Of a stretch of 64,000 nt of DNA, positions 1 to 14,446 are shown one piece after another. Origin of the DNA: the human T2T-CHM13v2.0 reference genome, Homo sapiens; the NCBI RefSeq assembly GCF_009914755.1, contig NC_060933.1. The stretch is one strand, 5' to 3'. The notes under the pieces were generated by a model. That model worked only from the letters and a program-made list of their open reading frames with translations, was not told the DNA's origin and ran no database searches. The position numbers and the translations under genes are program-made. Position 1 is the first letter of the stretch. Each line of letters starts with the position of its first letter.

Positions 1-3000
1 CTATTCAGCAGTACTGCCCTTGCTGCCCTCCAACTGGGGAGGGAACAAGACCCCAAGTGCTTTACTCACACCTCCAGCACACTGCAGCTACCCTACAGAG
101 AAGAGATGAATCTGTCTTCTCACAAGCCCTGACACCCTCTGCTCATCACCAGTAGTGTCCCCCAGCTTGGTTCCAAAATGCACAGGCCCCATCAAAGGTT
201 GACCACTCCATTTGGCAGCATCTCTGCATTTCTGTATGGTGGAGCTGCAAAAGACAAGTGATAGACCTCCACACATTACCACTGCCAAGGTCCTCACCCC
301 TTTTGTCCCCAAGCTTGTGAGGAAACAAAAACCTTGAGCTCACCCCAGGGCTGTGATGTGCAGCACTGCAGTGACAAGCCAAGCTATGCAGCCAGCATTT
401 CAGTAGGAGGGAAGCCTACACACACAGAATACTGACACGGAGCATGGCTGCAAATGTGAGAAAATATATATTTGTGTATGAACAAGAGCCTACCTATCAG
501 CCATTATAGGTAGGTAGGCTGAACAAGAGCCTACCTATCAGCCATTATACCTAAGTGTCATCAGCCAGATTGCAGCAGAAACTTCAACTCTAAAATTACT
601 TTGCTAATATAAGCCTCTGTGAAACCCAGGACAATAATTCAGCTACTAATAAAGATCATGCAAAAAGGTGCTTTGAAAACATCCAGAAACAAAGTCAACT
701 GACTATGCTCAAATTATACCACAGTTAAAGAAACACCAGCCCACACAGATGAGAAAAAAGCCAACATAAGAACTCTAGCAACTCAAAAAGTCAGAGTGTC
801 ACTTTACCTCCAAATGACTGCACTAGTTCTACAGCAATGGTTGTTAAATAGAAGGAAATGGCTGAAATGACAGATATAGAACTGAGAGGTAGAAGGAAAT
901 GAAGATCATTGAAATTCAGTAGAAAGTTGAACACTATTTCCAAGAATCTGAGGAATCCAGTAAAATGATTAAAGAGAAAAAAATTAGCCATTTGAAAAAA
1001 CAAAACAAGACAAACAAACAAACAAACTAAAACCAAACCTAGCAGGTAGAGTTACAAAATACACTACAAGAATTTCATAAAATGATTGGAAATATTCACA
1101 GCAGAATGGACTAAGCCAAGAAAAGAATCTCAGAGATTGAAGACTGATTATTTAAGTTAACACTGCCAGAAAATAAATAAAGAAAAGAAGAATTTTAAAA
1201 AATGAAAGGTCAGGCATGGTGGCTCATGCCTGTAATCCCAGCACTTTGGGAGGATATTGAGACCATCCTGGCTAACACGGTGAAACCCTGTCTCTACTAA
1301 AAATACAAAAAAAAAAAAATTCACTGGGCATGGTGGCAAGTGCCTGTAGCCCCAGCTACTCAGGAGGCTGAGGCAGGAGATTGGTAGGAACACGGGAGGT
1401 GGAGCTTGCATTGAGCCGAGATCATGCCACTGCACTCCAGCCTGGGCTACAGAGCAAGACTCCATCTCAAAAAAAAAAAGAAAGAAAAAGAAAAGAAAAA
1501 ACCTTGGAGAAGTAAGGGATTCTGTAAAAAATTTCCCCAATTTCACTAGAGAGATTGACATATAAATTTAGAAAATTCAGATAACCTATGTAAGATGCTA
1601 TGTAAGACAACCATTGCAGAGACACAAAGTAATCAGATTCTTGAAGGTCAATGCAAAAGAAAAAAATATTAAAGGCAGTTAACGACAAGGGGCAGGTCAC
1701 ATAAAGTGGAAACTACATCAAACTCACAGGGGAACTCTCAGCAATATCCCACAGTCAGAAGACATTAAGAATCCATATTCAGCATTTTTGAAAAAATAAA
1801 ATTTTGAACCAAGAATTTTATGTCCCACCAAACTAAGCTTCATAAACAAGGGAGAAATAAAATCCATTTCAGATAAGCAAAAGCTAGGGGAATTTATTAC
1901 CACCAGGCCTTTAGAGACCACAAGAGATCCTTAAGAAAGTGCTAAACATGAAAATGAAGGACTGTTACCTAGCACCAGAAAAACACACTCAAGTATATAG
2001 ACCATCAACACTATAAAGTAATTACACAATCAAGTTTACATAACAACCAGCTAACAACATGCTGGGAGGATCGAATGTGCACATGTCAATATTGAAGATA
2101 AACAAGCTAAACACCCACTTAAAAGGCATGGAGTGGCAAAGTGGATAAAGAATCAAGACCCAACTGTATGCTGTCTTCAAGAGACCCATCTCACATGTGA
2201 GAACACCCATAGGTTCAAAGTAAAGGGATGGAGAAAGAACTACCAAACAAATGAAAAACAAAGAAAAACAGGTGTTGCTGTTCTTATTTTAGATAAAACT
2301 GACATTAAACTAACGATGATCAAAACAGACAATAAAGGGCATTACGTAATGATGAAGGATTCAATTAAACAAGAAGACTTAACTATCCTAAATATATATG
2401 CACCTAACACTGGAGCACTCAGATTCACAAAACAAGCTCTTAGAGATATACAAAGAAACTTACATAACTACACAATGACAGTGGCAGACCTCAACACCTT
2501 ACTGACAGTGTAAGACAGATCACTGAGGCAGAAAACTAACAAGGATATTCGGGACCTAAACTTGACACTTGGCCAAATACACCTAACAGACATCTGCAGA
2601 ACACTCCACACATCAACAACAGAATATATATTCTTATCATCTGCACGTGACACATATTCTAAAATCAACCACATGCTCAGCTATAAGTCAATTCTCAACA
2701 AATAAAAAAAAAATTTTACCAGCCACACTCTCAGACCAGAGCACAATAAAAATACAAATCAATACCAAGAAGATCTGCCAAAACTGTAGGATTAAGTGAA
2801 AATTAAACAACCTGAACCTGAATGACTTTTGTGTAAACAATAAAATCAAGGCAGAAATCAAGAAATTCTTAGACTCTGATGAAAACAAAAATACAACACA
2901 CCAGAAACTCTAGAACACAGCTGAAGCATGGTTAAAAGGAAAGTTGATTGTGCTAAACACTTATGTCAACAGCTAGAAAGATCTCAAATTTGCAACCTAA

Positions 3001-3752
3001 CATCACAGATAGAGGAACCTAAAAAACAAAACAGAACCAACCTCGAAGGTAGTAGAAGAAAAGAAATGGCCACAATCATAACTGAAATTAACAAAATGGA
3101 GATGAGAAAAAAATGTAAAAAAATCAACAAAACTGAATGTTGGGTATTTGAAAGAAAAAATAATGTTGGTAGGCCATTATCTAAACTTATAAAGAAAAAA
3201 AAGAGACAATATTCAAATAAACACAATCACAAAAGAGACAAAGGGGACATTACCAGTGACCCCACAGAAATACAACAACCCTCAGGGATGATTATGAACA
3301 CCTCTATGTACACAAACTGAAAAACCCAGAGAAGCTGCATAAATTCCTGGAAGCAATCTTCAAAGATTGAACCAGGAAGAAAATGAAACTTTGAACAGAC
3401 TAATAGGAAGGTCCAAACTGAATTGGCAATACGATGCCTATCAATCAGAAAAAGTGTTGGCCTCAAAGGATTCACTGCCAAATTCTACCAGATGTATAAA
3501 GAAGAGCTGATACCACACCTACTGAAACTATCTAAAATAATTGAGGAGGAGGGACTCATAACTAACTCATTCTATGAGGACAACATCATTCTGATACCAA
3601 ATCCTGGCAGAGATGCAATGAAAAAAAAAACTTCAGACCAGTATTTCTAATGAACATAGATAAAGAAATATTCAACAAAATACTAGCAAACCAAATCTAG
3701 CTGTACATCAAAAAGCTAATCCACCACAATCAAGTAGGTTTTATTTCTTGCA
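1..3752 (+). mobile_element. Old L1 (L1PB/L1MA age): end of 5'UTR, degenerate ORF1, ORF2 endonuclease to start of RT; 3'-truncated
   Basis: ORFs 2133-2513 (WIKNQDPTVCCLQETHL...NIYAPNTGA, L1 EN domain), 2928-3320 and 3423-3650 ([16 protein letters not shown]) are L1 ORF2 fragments. Many stops and frameshifts. Confidence 0.9.
1208..1501 (+). mobile_element. AluY-like SINE with a ~30 bp left-arm deletion, inserted in L1 ORF1
   Basis: Alu dimer with ACCATCCTGGCTAACACGG and GAGCTTGCA diagnostics and an A-rich tail. Confidence 0.9.
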
Positions 3753-3754
3753 TA

Positions 3755-4265
<511 letters not shown>

Positions 4266-5432
4266 TGCAAACCCCAACCTTTGGTAGAGTCTATGTGATA
4301 TTGGGCCTGTGGGTGTGCAGAAGACAAGAGTTGAGCTTTAGGAACCTCAGCCTGAATTTCAAAGGATGTACGGAAACACCTGAATGTCTAGGCAGAAGTA
4401 TGCTGCAGGGGAAGGGCCCTCATGGAGACCTCTGCTAGGGCAGTGCAGAAGGAAGATGTGGGGTCAGAGCATCCATGCAGGGTCTCCACTGGGGCACTGA
4501 CTAGTGGAGCTGTGAGAAGAGGGCCGTCATTCTCCGGATCCCAGAATGATAGATCCACCAAAAGCTCACACCACTCACCTGGAAAAGCTGCAGGCACTCA
4601 ACACCAACCTGTGAAAGCAGCCAGAAGGGAGGCTGTACCCTGCCAAGCCATAGGAGTGGAGCTTCCCAAAGCCATGGTATCCCATCTCTTGCATCTGTGT
4701 GACCTGGATGTGAGACATGGAGTCAAAGGACATCATTTTGAAACTTTAAGGTTTAATGACTGCTCTGTTGGATTTCAGACTTGCATGGGGCCTATAGCTC
4801 CTTTGTTTTGGTCAATTTCTCCTATCTCCAATGGGTGTATTTACCCAGTATCTGCACTCCCATTGTATCTAGGAAATAACTAACTTGCTTTTGATGTTAC
4901 AGGCTCATAGGTGGAAGGGACTTGCCTTTTCTCAGATGAGATTTTGAACTCAAACTTTCAGGTTAATGCTGAAATGAGTTAAGACTTTGGGGGATTCTTG
5001 GAAAGGCATAATTGTGTTTTGAAATGTGAGGACATGAGATTTGCGAGGGGCCATGGACAGAATAATATAGTTTGGCTTTGTGTCCCTACCCAAAATCTCA
5101 TCTTGAATTGTAATGCAAATTGTAATCCCCACATGTTGGGGGAAGGACATCATGGGAGGTGATTAGACATGGGGATCATACTGTTCTCATGATAATGAGT
5201 GAGTTCTTATGAGAGCTGAAGGTTTTATAGGGGCTTTCCCCCACTTTACTTTGCACTTCTCCCTCCTGCAGCCATATCAAGAAGGACATGTTTGCTGCCC
5301 CTTCCACCATAAGTGTATGTTTCCTGGAGCCTCCCCAGCCATGCAGAACTGTGAGTCAATTAAAACTATTTTGATTCTAAATTACCCAGTCTCAGTCAGT
5401 TCTTTATAGAAGCATGAGAACAGACTAATACA
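4266..5432 (+). mobile_element. MaLR (THE1/MSTA-type): 3' part of internal region (4266-5062) plus 3' LTR (5063-5432); 5' LTR absent
   Basis: ORF 4422-4883 is MaLR-int-like (LHLCDLDVRHGVKGHHF). The LTR starts taatatagtttggctttgtgtcc and ends gactaataca. Confidence 0.88.
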
Positions 5433-5608
5433 GTGACCCACCCCTTTATATTTGTTTAACTGAGTTGATTCAATGAATCCATCTCACAGCTCTCAGTTTT
5501 TTTCCTCAGCTTAGTCCTTTCTGTTGTTAATACTTCCAGTTAAACAATGAAATGCTCATAGTGAGTTTTTCAGCTCTTAGACGAGTTTGGGTCATTGTCT
5601 TTCTTTCC

Positions 5609-5643
<35 letters not shown>

Positions 5644-7480
5644 TGTGAGATGGAGTCTTGCTCTGTCACCAAGGCACCAAGGCTGGAATGCAGTGGTGTG
5701 ATCTCGGCTCACTGCAACCTCTGAATTCAAGCCAGTCTCCTGCCTCAGTCACCCGAGTAGCTGGAACTACAGGTGTGTGCCACCATGCCTGGCTAAGTTT
5801 TGTATTTTTAGTGGAGATGGGTTTTCACCATGTTGGCCAGCCTGGTCTCGAACTCCTGAACTCAGGTAACCTGGCTGCCTCGGCCTCCCAAATTGCTGGG
5901 ATTACAAATGTGAACCACTGTGCCTGGCAAGAGTTTGGGTCTTTTAAAAAAATGACTATATCGTCTCTTAGCTCTTGTTTCTTTCTAATTGATTCCTTAG
6001 ATTCTTTGGATGGGCTTTTAACTGTCTCCTGAATCTCAGTAACCTTCATTACCATCAAGCTTGTGAATTCTGTCTATTATTTCAGCCTTTTCAGTCTGGT
6101 TAACAGCTGTTGCTGGGGAGTTAGTGTGGTCATCTAAAAATAGACACTCTGGGTTATTGAATTGCCAGTGTAGTTATGCTGGTTCTGGTTCTTTCTCATC
6201 TCTGTGAGCTAATGTTCCTTTAATCGTTGAAGTTAGTTTGTTTGTTTGTTTTGGATGGGGCTTTTTACTTGTATACTTTGATGCCGTTAAGGGTTTACTA
6301 TGCTATAAGTTGCATTTAATTGACTAGCTTCATCTCTGGATGATTTCAGGTGGCCAAGGCTCAGCTCAGCTCTCCTGGGATGTGTGCTCTAACACTGGGG
6401 GGATTGGGACCTGGCCCACAGCTTTGTTATATGCCCCCTCAAGATGAAGTACCTGCTGCACTGACAGGGCCACAGCATTCTCAGTCCACTGGCAACAACA
6501 GTCCAACGGGGGATGCCAACAAAAATGCTTCATTGGAGCATTTGCTGAGGGGTCCATGCTTACGCACATGTGCACCAGCTGCAGCAGGGGTGCAGTGTGG
6601 CATGTTATACTCATACTCACCCTGGCAGTGGCAGGTTGTCAGGGTTTATACACACACACCAGTGGGGCCCATGCAGTTGCAGTGAGGACTCTGCATATGT
6701 GCACACTGGCGAAACAGTGATTGGAGACTGTGCACAGTGCATGCCGGCAATGCAGTGAGGGGGGACTGTAAGTAGGTGTGCACTGTTGGAGGTATATTTG
6801 CAGAAGCTCTCCAATGAGAGCAGAGTAGAGTCTGCTGCTATGGTGATGGCCACTGAGAAGCACCCTCGTTGGGCATGCAAAGCTGCCCTCCAAGAGGGTA
6901 TGGCCTGGCGGGGACCCCAGGAGAGTCCAGTCGACAGGAGAGCATCTAATCACACTGGCATATCCCATGGGCAAGACAGCCCTTCTCTGTGCAGGTCTGA
7001 CAATCAATAATGACCTAAGTCACTCAGAGGCGTGTGGTAAGCCTTAGGAAATGGGTGTCCCTGGCTGTGCTTCACTGGAACCATTCTTATGTCAAACTAT
7101 CTGGGCTCTACACATACTGGAATCCTGTCTTTGCTACTTCTCCAAGCAACTCTCCTTGCTAGCTCGAATGTCCATGGGGATTGTGAAGTCTCCTAAAGCT
7201 AGGATTCTGGAGCTCTTTGGAAAGAGTAAGCCACTCCATCGTATTTAACTCACCCCCTCCCTCACCTTTCAGGGCCAGGAATGAGTCCTGGTGCTCCACA
7301 ACCCCATGCTGGGTTCCCAGCTTTCTGATCCTTTAGCCCAGTGTCTCCATCCTCTCTCCTTCCACTCTCAATGCTTTCCTTTTGAAGATCTGCTCAGAGT
7401 GTGCTGGTTTTCTTGATAGTCAGCTCTTTCAGTGGAGGATCTTCCTGGCTCTGTCTTGATGGCCATTTTGGCTCTTCTGT
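5433..7480 (-). mobile_element. Old L1 5'UTR and start of ORF1, antisense
   Basis: 5941-6100 is similar to the reverse complement of the ORF1 start at ~850-1000; a GC-richer 5'UTR-like stretch follows. Confidence 0.65.
5597..5928 (-). mobile_element. AluS-type SINE with tail partly converted to (CA)n
   Basis: Antisense Alu; TSD core GAGTTTGGGTC at 5583-5593 and 5931-5941. Confidence 0.92.
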
Positions 7481-8817
7481 CTTTTAGGGTTTCCTTGGTG
7501 AGTATCAGGTGTTCATAAATTAAGGATTTATATATTGGGTTTAAAAATCAAGATTGTAAATCAAGATATCTTTAGTGTGACAAAAGGAAGTAAATTATAA
7601 AACGTATTTAGGTTACTATGTTGCTCTTAATAAGTAGTACGGCTGCCACATTTTAAAGTGTTTTTTTTTTCCCCCTATGGTTGTTTTAAGGATTTCTTTT
7701 TCTCTGTCACTCTCTGTCTTTCCAGCTCTCATTTTCTCTCTTTCTCTCACATCAGATTTATTGTTAAGTGTTAATTCAGTGGTTATTTTTTCCTTGAAAT
7801 TTACTGTGTTTCTTGAATGGACACGTGTATCTTTCATCATTTTGGAAAGTTTAAACCATTAAGTATTCACATATTTATCTGCTCCATTTATTTTATTCTA
7901 GCTCTCTATTTAAATATATCACCTCACACAACTCATTATTTGTGATAACCACTCTTCTACATTTCCATTTTTTCATCTCACTGTATTGAACTGTGCTCAT
8001 TTGCTTTTCTGATTTAGCTTCCAGTGATCTAGCTCTTTTGCTGTGTCCAAAATATTATCATACTCATGCTCCTAATGTTTAATTTTAGTCATAATATCAT
8101 TTATCTTTAAAATTTGTTATTAGTTTCATGTTAAAACTGAAAGATTACATTGTATTGTTTTCATTTGGCAGATATTTTCAAATTTACTTCTTAGAACATA
8201 ATACAATACATGTTTTTCAATGTGTCTGTAATAATACCAGATCTGCAATTTTTGTGACTTTTTTCATTATTTTTCCTGCTACTTATTGCAAAATGTGTCC
8301 TGTTTCCTTGCATTCTTTATTAGCTTTGAAAGCATGATGCTTACTGCTTCTGCCAAAATTACTTGGAAGGATTCCTCAAATCCTGGAATGATGACTTCCT
8401 ATATAGAATCATTTTCTTTATCTTTACTAGTTATCTCTGTAGATTACTTTAAGAACGATATAAATTAAATTAGTAGCTTCCTGCTGTGACAGCCAGCCTG
8501 TGGACTATCCTTCAAAACCACAACTTTTCCCATTTCTACTATTTAACCTGGTTTATTCATTTTCAGGACAGCAATCCACACATTTTCCCGGAAGTGGAGG
8601 GACAAGGGCCAGTAATCGTTTGTTTTAAACATACTCTGATATTTCAGGCCTTTAAAACAATAGCACAGGTTTTAGGAAGTGGATTTCCAAGAAAACTTCC
8701 CATTTTTGCCTGACATTTCTACTACTGCCTTCTCACTTATCCACCATTGAGTTTCTTCTGGATCAAACAACCTTCTCGAAAAATATCAGATACTTTAGCC
8801 CTAATTAATTCTCATAC

Positions 8818-9077
8818 TTTCTTTTTGTTTTGAGACAGAGTCTTGCTCTGCTGCCCAGGCTGGAGTGCATTGGTGTGATCTTGGCTCACCACAACCTCTA
8901 CTTCCTGGGTTCAAGCTATTCTCCTGCCTCAGCCTCCCAAGTAGCTGCGACTATAGGCATTCACCACCATGCCCAGCAAATTTTTGTATTTTTAGTAGAC
9001 ATGGGGTTTCACTATGTTGGCCAGGCTGGTCTCAAACTTCTGACCTCGTGATACACCCACCTCAACCTCCCAAAGTG
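8818..9077 (-). mobile_element. AluS-type SINE, 5'-truncated
   Basis: Antisense Alu from ttttgagacagagtcttgctctg to cctcccaaagtg. Confidence 0.9.
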
Positions 9078-10809
9078 ATTTTTGATCAAGTAATTCCTTA
9101 CATACTTACCATTTTCTTCCTTTAAGAAGGTTTTATAAAATATTTATATATCTATTAATATTATCTGCCGTTACCTGACAGAAGTAGATATGCATCATTT
9201 TTTGATACAGGTGGAGACTTAATAATTGAGAAAAATAATATAATCTATAAGCCTGTAGTAAAGATTAAACCAAAAAATCAAGAGTTTGATCACCTCTGTA
9301 GATAAAGGAAATAAATTGATAAAGTTCAAAATTTGTGCTACACTTGAAGGAAGTAATTTGAAATCATTTATCTTATAAAGGCTTTATAATCCAAGAATTA
9401 AAAATACTCACTTTTTTCCATTTTAGGTATTCACATCAAAAATCTATTACCTAATATATAAAACTATCAAGTATGTTGATTATGTTTTTAGTATAGTGGT
9501 ATTGTTTATCCGGATTTAATCTTGAAGATTAAAAATAAAAATAATGTTAACTTCAGTTAACTGTTCAGGCAAATTATTTTCTTTTTTGATAAAATGTATT
9601 TGTGTTGCTACACACTGATATGGAGCTGCAGATTTTCTCATTCAAGTTATTAAAATGCCAACCACCTTTGTAATGCTAGTAGTCACTGCCAAATCAATTT
9701 TCATTATATCGGGGGGAAAATACAAATCTTCTTAAAAACTGATATAACTGAAACTGTACGTACATTGTATTATATCACAAAATACATGTAAGTATAATGA
9801 AGAAAAATTTGTTAAGAAAGTTTACCAAAGCATTCTAGTTAAGATTACATTTAGGTGGATAAGAAATTTTTCATTTCCAAAAAATTACAAAACAACGGTA
9901 AATTGAGTTGGTATTTCACAGTATTTGAATTGCAATAGTATGAAGCGTGTATCTAAATGCATGCTATTTATGAGGCAATAGTTATGACAAAGGCATAGTA
10001 ACATAATTGATTTCCCTTTGCATTCTGAGTTTGAGAATAATTAGGTAAATGACATATAAATGAACAAGAAATAATTCCATTGATCTTATTAGGCATTATT
10101 ATTAAACTATACCAGTGTACTTAATGGAAAAAAATGTACATATCGCTATAAATTGTTCTCTCTGCTAACATATAATATTTTAAATTTTGAAAACAGAAAG
10201 TTAATGTTATTAATCATTTTATTAAATAAAGCAAAGATATATCAGCCATAATTATAATAATTACTTCATGATATGTTTGGATAAACATGTTTATTAAAAC
10301 AGAATTCTATATTTGAAAGATACTATACAACATTTTATTTACATATTTTAATTGAAGTCTGCTGAAAATACACCAGAAAACCTAACAGATACACTTAACA
10401 TAAGGGAAACATTATCCTACACTGCTTCACTTTTTCAAAGATGTTATTCCTCCTAGTTAATGACTTACTCTAAAAAGAGTGTTAGAAGTAGCTGAAAAGA
10501 AAGGCTATGTTTAAATATGTGAAGAGGGCAAGTTTGAACATTTAATATTTATTGCCCACCTCTTAGCTTTGTTATGCTCTCAAGTGACTCTTAAGAGAAT
10601 TTCACACTTCGACAATATTCAGAGAATAAGAGACATGACATTGTTAAATACCATCAACATGCCTGCTGCTCCGTTTTGAAATGTTCCTGAATTCAAAATA
10701 CCCCAAAATAGTTCAGAATATCTTGCTTCTGATGTCAGGATTTACTCTGAACAGAAATATTTTGAATGAAGAAACACAAATATGTAATGAGGTATAATAG
10801 TACCCCTCA

Positions 10810-12880
10810 CTAATTATTAAAGAAAGACTACCCGAAGGCTAGATTTATCTTCTTGCTTGAAAAACAAAATCAAGGAAACACCCACAGAAATACAAGACTC
10901 TGGATATGAGGGAATGAAGTACTTCCCGAAAGACAGAAAACAAAGGAGTTAAACCCTGCTACTGCCCTAATTTAGTGGCTAGAGTTTCCAGCAGTGGGGC
11001 AGAGAAAGTGGGCTCCTAGAGTTGTACAAAGCCAAGAGTTCCAGGAGACTAAGGTAATTAGAGTTTCTAGGTCTGAGAAGCTAGAGATTCAAAGAGAGAA
11101 ATCTCTGATATCTACAGATGTTCTCCTTTCAGTGCTTAGCAGAATACTGATTAGTGTATACATGTGAGTAATCTGCTCACTGCCAGGGAAACAAGCATCT
11201 TCAAAGATTAAAAACAAACAAACAATAACAACAACAAAAACCAGTGCCTGACATTCACATATGACCTGGATTATACCTGTATTTGCCAGCCAAATGAAAG
11301 AAAAAAGCTCAATTCACAGTGCATTTGGTAAAGCAATTTAAAAGGTCTTGCCTCAGGGGTAGAAATTAATTAGATTTAAACTGAGTACTGAGTTGAACGC
11401 ATCAAAAAATCATAAAAGAAGTATCTAAAAGGATCAAGCGGTTTTGAACAAATTAACTGTGTCCTAGAGAAAAAGCTCATATTTTGTACAGAAATACAAA
11501 ATATCCAGCACTCACAAAGATAACATTAACAAAAACTTCCATTATATTAAACTGTAGTTAGGTTAAAATTTCTTTAATAGATTCACAGAGACTGGCAGCA
11601 CAAAGTTTTGTAAGGATTTAGAGCTACTGGAACTCTCATACCTTGATGGTAGAAATGTAAAATGTTTTAAAAACTTCTGAAAACTCTTTGGAAATATCTT
11701 ATTTTCTCATAATGTTAAGCATACACCTATACTATGACAAAGAACTCCATTATAAGGTGTTTACAGGCCCTCGATCAGAAAAAACATAACCAAACATAAG
11801 TTGTATAAACATGTATATGGAAACTTTATTTAAGATAGTCAAAAATTTGAAAAATTCTAAATGTCTATCAAAGAAAAGTGGATAAACATTGTGTGACATA
11901 ATCACACAAGAGAGATTACCTTTCACCAATTAACAAATAATGAGCTTTTGATACGCACAATGACACAATTAATCTCAAACACATGTTGAACCAAAAGATG
12001 CCAGGCAGAAATTAGTGCACACTGTTTTAATTCCAAAAACAGATACAACTACTGTGCAGATATGAGAAAAGTGGTTGCTTCATTAATGAGAGGTATTAAC
12101 TAGAAAGAGATATTAGGAAAATTTATTGGGTCATATTTGTGCACTTGAATGGAAGTAGAATTTATTTTTGTAAAAATAAAGATGTCAGCAGATATTCAAC
12201 TACTATACATGTACTGTCACATGTAACCTACCAAAGAAAAATATGTTTAAAAATACTTTTACAAAATGACAATTTAAATTAAATAAATTTGCAACTATTT
12301 GAAAACCAATTTGGCTGTTTTCTATAAAAGTAATTATTCATCCACCCAACTTCCCTATAATCAAGTCACTCCTAGGCACTTATTCAAAAGGAGTAAAAAC
12401 TCTTCTCCACAGAAAGACTTGAATAAGAATTGTAATAATGAATTAACTTTTAATTACCCCAAAATAGTAAAGCTGATGTGTTCAACAACAAATAGAAAAA
12501 AATCTGGTATATTCACACAAGAAAATACCACCTACCTATTGAAAGAGACCAACTATTTATATATGCAACAGCATTTATGAATATCAAAAACATTATTTTA
12601 ACTAATCTGTACACAAAAGTACATGTTGTATGGTTCCATTCATATGAATTTCTGGAAGACAAAAACTATTCTATTGTAAATAGAATAGTTGTTGCCTTGG
12701 GAATGGAGATGCAGTTAAATGAGAAAGAACATGAGTGGACTTTGTGGTATGATGGTTACTACAACATAATAGTAAACATTACTATATTTTAATTATATAT
12801 GTATATGCATTTGTCAAAACTTATAAATATTACTTAAATTTGTTCACCCTATTTTATGTAAATTTTATATAAAAATAAAC
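10810..12880 (+). mobile_element. Highly diverged L1M (L1MC/ME-type) fragments
   Basis: L1M 3'-end motifs (ggaactctcataccttgatggtagaaatgtaaaatg; gttgtatggttccattcatatgaatt). Boundaries approximate. Confidence 0.55.
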
Positions 12881-14446
12881 AAAACAGAAAAAAATCCTAG
12901 TCTTTTTAGGAGTATGATCAAAGTTAATCACAGATTGTTTATACGTGAATGAACACACAAAAAATATGTTTGCACTTACCTCTCCAAAATGTTGAAGTGT
13001 CTGCTTGTAAAAGATACCGTTAATATTTATTCATTTCACATATTCATATGATTCAAACATTTAAATATTTAAAACAAATATTACCAACACTTTTAGTAAA
13101 TTGGAAAATTTAAGTCAATATCGAATTGAGAGTTTTTTTCTCATTTGGTTGATTCATTAATTATAATCAGCAAAAAAATTTGCATATGTTACGTTTCGTT
13201 ATACAGATACATTTGTGACATATAATTGCAGTATTGGGCAATGACTGATAAAGTTGTATTTTATCAAAACAGCTTTCTGAGTATGTGATATTGTGATATA
13301 TAAGTAAAAAAAAATGCTAATTCATGATATTCTGTCCCTGGAAGAATATGGACAACAGAAATATTTTGTAGCATCAAATTTTAGACAAAAACAGAGGTTT
13401 ACATTTAACATCAATGTCAATAATAGAGTCAGAATTGATATCAAACTTGAGAAATATTTTTACCAAAAGTAGGTCTTTCATAATTAATATGAATTGATTT
13501 CTGCAAAACTATCATATTTAGCCATGTGGTCAGTAATATAATGTAAATTATATGTAGATATATATTTTTAAAGTTGAGGACACCTAAATAAAACATGTAA
13601 ATTATTTTAATTACTTGACAATCTATTATATACAAAGTATTTAAGTATATTTTAAACATATTTAATTTAACTAATTTTTTGAGTGATTTGGGCAAAATTC
13701 TGTTTTAGTTCATGTATAGACATGCTTATATTTGAGTTACTGAAAATGCAAACATTTAAGTAGTCTACTCTTAGCATATTAATATGTCCTGTATTCATTA
13801 CAACATTAATTGCATTAAATTCAGCTACTATGAATAAATAATCTATCACATATACATTTTAAAGGTAGAAGCATTTCAGTTTTATACAAGGATGTCTTTT
13901 TGAGCTGACATAGGTTTCCAAGATTTGAGACAATATCAGAAGATTTATTAAAAATGATATGAGACAGCAACTCCCCACATCACTTTGCTGGCATATATCT
14001 GCATGGGTGGGCTTTACTTGCTTCAACAGCACATGGGAATGCAGTGTGCCCCCCATAATCCCCACCAACCACCACTGCAGATGGATCCTTGTTGGGCACA
14101 GAGTCATCAAGCCCCATCTACACCAGTGCCCTGCCCTTGTGCTGTGCTGCACACAGAGCAGGGGATCCCCCCACAACCTGAGCAATTGCTCCTGCTTGCA
14201 GACCACAGATAAGGCGCCAAGACCTCCACTGGCCAGCACCCCACCCCAAGCCATCACCACCTACAGTGCAGCAGTGCACTCTGTCTCCAGCAGAAGGCCC
14301 TTGCTCCCCCAACAGCTGCCTTGCCTCCAATACTGTGGAGAACACCTGCAGAGAGGCAGACACCCCTATATCCACTAGTACTTTGCTGCAGGTACTGCAG
14401 TTTGCTATCCCCAGCACAGTGGACTCCAAATCTCGAGGAGCCACAG

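Noticed and set aside
4422-4883. 153-aa ORF similar to ORF 17059-17295, suggesting a gene family
   Set aside because: Both are MaLR (THE1/MST) internal-region remnants.
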